NCBI RefSeq assembly: GCF_003704095.1
Contig: NW_020846723.1
Location: 62,001 to 126,000, forward strand
Direction of reading: 5' to 3'
From: Pocillopora damicornis
Lineage: Eukaryota
Length of the DNA stretch: 64,000 nucleotides
Part shown: piece after piece, positions 62,801 through 64,000 of the stretch
How the letters are laid out: each line of letters starts with the position of its first letter
Numbering within the stretch: the stretch's first letter is position 1
Position numbers and translations under genes: made by a program
Notes under the pieces: generated by a model
Seen by the model: only the letters and a program-made list of their open reading frames with translations
Told to the model about the DNA's origin: nothing
The model's database searches: none

Positions 62801-64000
62801 CTGAATTGCTTATTGTAAGCGTTAATCACAGCTCTTTCTCTAAAACTATGCATGTGACCACCGCAAAAAACAAGAGTCACTTCAATCTGAAATAATGGCT
62901 CACCGGTACAACAGTTCTCATAAGTTCGTCAAACACACCAATAAACGCCATGACACTCAGCTTAGCTTCGTATCTTTCCACTTTAGCAATCTGTGAGAAA
63001 AAAAAAAACTCTTAGCTTCTTAATAAAATAATAGAGAGCTAAATGATTTACACTAACAAGGTCTGTCTTAATTTTATTACAGACAGTTCATCAAATTGAA
63101 GCATGAAAAAATTTATACTAAAATGATATAGATGGAAACTAGCTTAAAGGTGGCATAATATTCTGATCCGAAAGCGATTTTTCTTGCTCAAAATTATGTG
63201 CACAGTTAAAGCAAATCTTAGTTAATGGTTACTAGTGTGAGAGGCACTTCAGAAGAACTGATCAAGATAAAGTCGTAGTAAGTGAACAGATGTCGAGATT
63301 CTAACCATGGGAGAACGACCATTTACAAAGGATCATGAGAGAAACGCGTTACACTGAAGCATGATATGTACCAAAGTCAAGGCATAAAATCAGAACCATG
63401 TGCAGTGATTTTGAATCATTTTACCTAAGAAGCAACACACAGCCCAATAGTCTCGATAGCCCCAATAGCTGGACTCCTTAACTGCAGTGTGGCAAACCCC
63501 TCTACCAACAACCCGTTCTCGAAAAAGAGTTTGATCTACTTATTCTCTCACCTCAAACAGAAATTGTTCAGCTTCAGCCAGCTTGAAGTACTCATGCGCG
63601 TGCTTAGCCAGTCCTGCCAACTAAAATTAAACGGATAACAAAAAAGAAAATCATTGAAGACCTTCAGTTACAAAAAGAAGAGCAAGACTGCATTGAGATT
63701 TAATTTTTTTTTTCATCAACAAGTGTCCACATCTTTCGCTACAAACAACTTCATTTGCATTTTCTGATGCGCGATATCAATACTTATTTTTTTATCACCA
63801 AAAGCAACCTTGTTATAACTTGAATTGTTCATCTTTCTTTCATCAAACAGATGGTTTGAACTGCTATACAGCTAACACATGTTATGGCTGTGCTCACCTC
63901 TGCTTTAGTTGGTACAAACTTGAGGAGTAACTCAGCATGTTCAGGTGGCAGTTCAACCAAGTCACATTGGTCGATCAGATGACCAATTGTTTCTGTAGAG
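59801..64000 (-). CDS. Formin, FH2 domain C-terminal half (FMNL-like); the 5' part lies outside the window. Exons: >64000-63898, 63620-63552, 62990-62904, 62556-62488, 62386-62306, 62053-61928 (approx.), 61697-61597, 61086-60922, 59977-59801
   Basis: [69 protein letters not shown] and LFGENPRVVEPSDFFKTFIDFIANFK. The GNYMNSS.RG motif points to the FMNL class. Confidence 0.88.
60290..60412. mobile_element. Penelope-associated terminal repeat remnant, second copy
   Basis: tttctaaagaaactgtggtgctgcgtc...aactgagttgataatgtaaattagcca...agctgacg; shares a block with 18370-18430. Confidence 0.5.
61087..61596 (-). other. U12-type GT-AG intron in the formin gene
   Basis: Minus-strand 5' site GTATCCTTTG at 61596, branch TTCTTAAC at 61110-61103, and CAG at 61089-61087; frame preserved (NFIIF|TFYN). 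Confidence 0.85.
61342..61536 (+). mobile_element. MITE family A copy 6, inside the formin U12 intron
   Basis: tcaatcctttcacccctaagag ... gtaaagggttaa; the interior matches copy 3. Confidence 0.78.

Overview
This is eukaryotic, intron-rich, AT-rich animal DNA. An anthozoan such as a stony coral is my inference from the gene set, the tail-less STING and the repeat families. I assembled seven spliced protein-coding genes by hand from splice signals and reading frame. (1) An atypical, Gyc-88E-type soluble guanylate cyclase (+, 10 exons, about 755 aa) with an O2-binding-type H-NOX tyrosine and a C-terminal CaaX box. (2) An intron-poor ABCC4/MRP4-like exporter (-, about 1294 aa). (3) A two-exon STING (-, about 368 aa) with no C-terminal tail and an altered ligand pocket. 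(4) PPP2R3C (+), head-to-head with STING; one of its exons appears to be lost in an assembly gap. (5) A secreted orphan protein (-, about 476 aa), Cys-free after the signal peptide, with a Ser-Gly motif and repeated basic motifs; it appears only as fragments in the ORF track. (6) Gamma-glutamyl hydrolase (+). (7) The 3' part of an FMNL-like formin (-). GGH and the formin each contain a U12-type intron. Repeats include six copies of a piggyBac-type MITE, other TIR MITEs, SINE, L2 and Penelope remnants (one with a degenerate hammerhead core) and two N-gaps. The best leads are the orphan secreted protein, the STING pocket and promoter features, the membrane-anchored O2-type cyclase, and the adjacency of a cGMP maker, a cyclic-nucleotide exporter family member and a cyclic-dinucleotide receptor. 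No database search was possible, so novelty claims are unverified.
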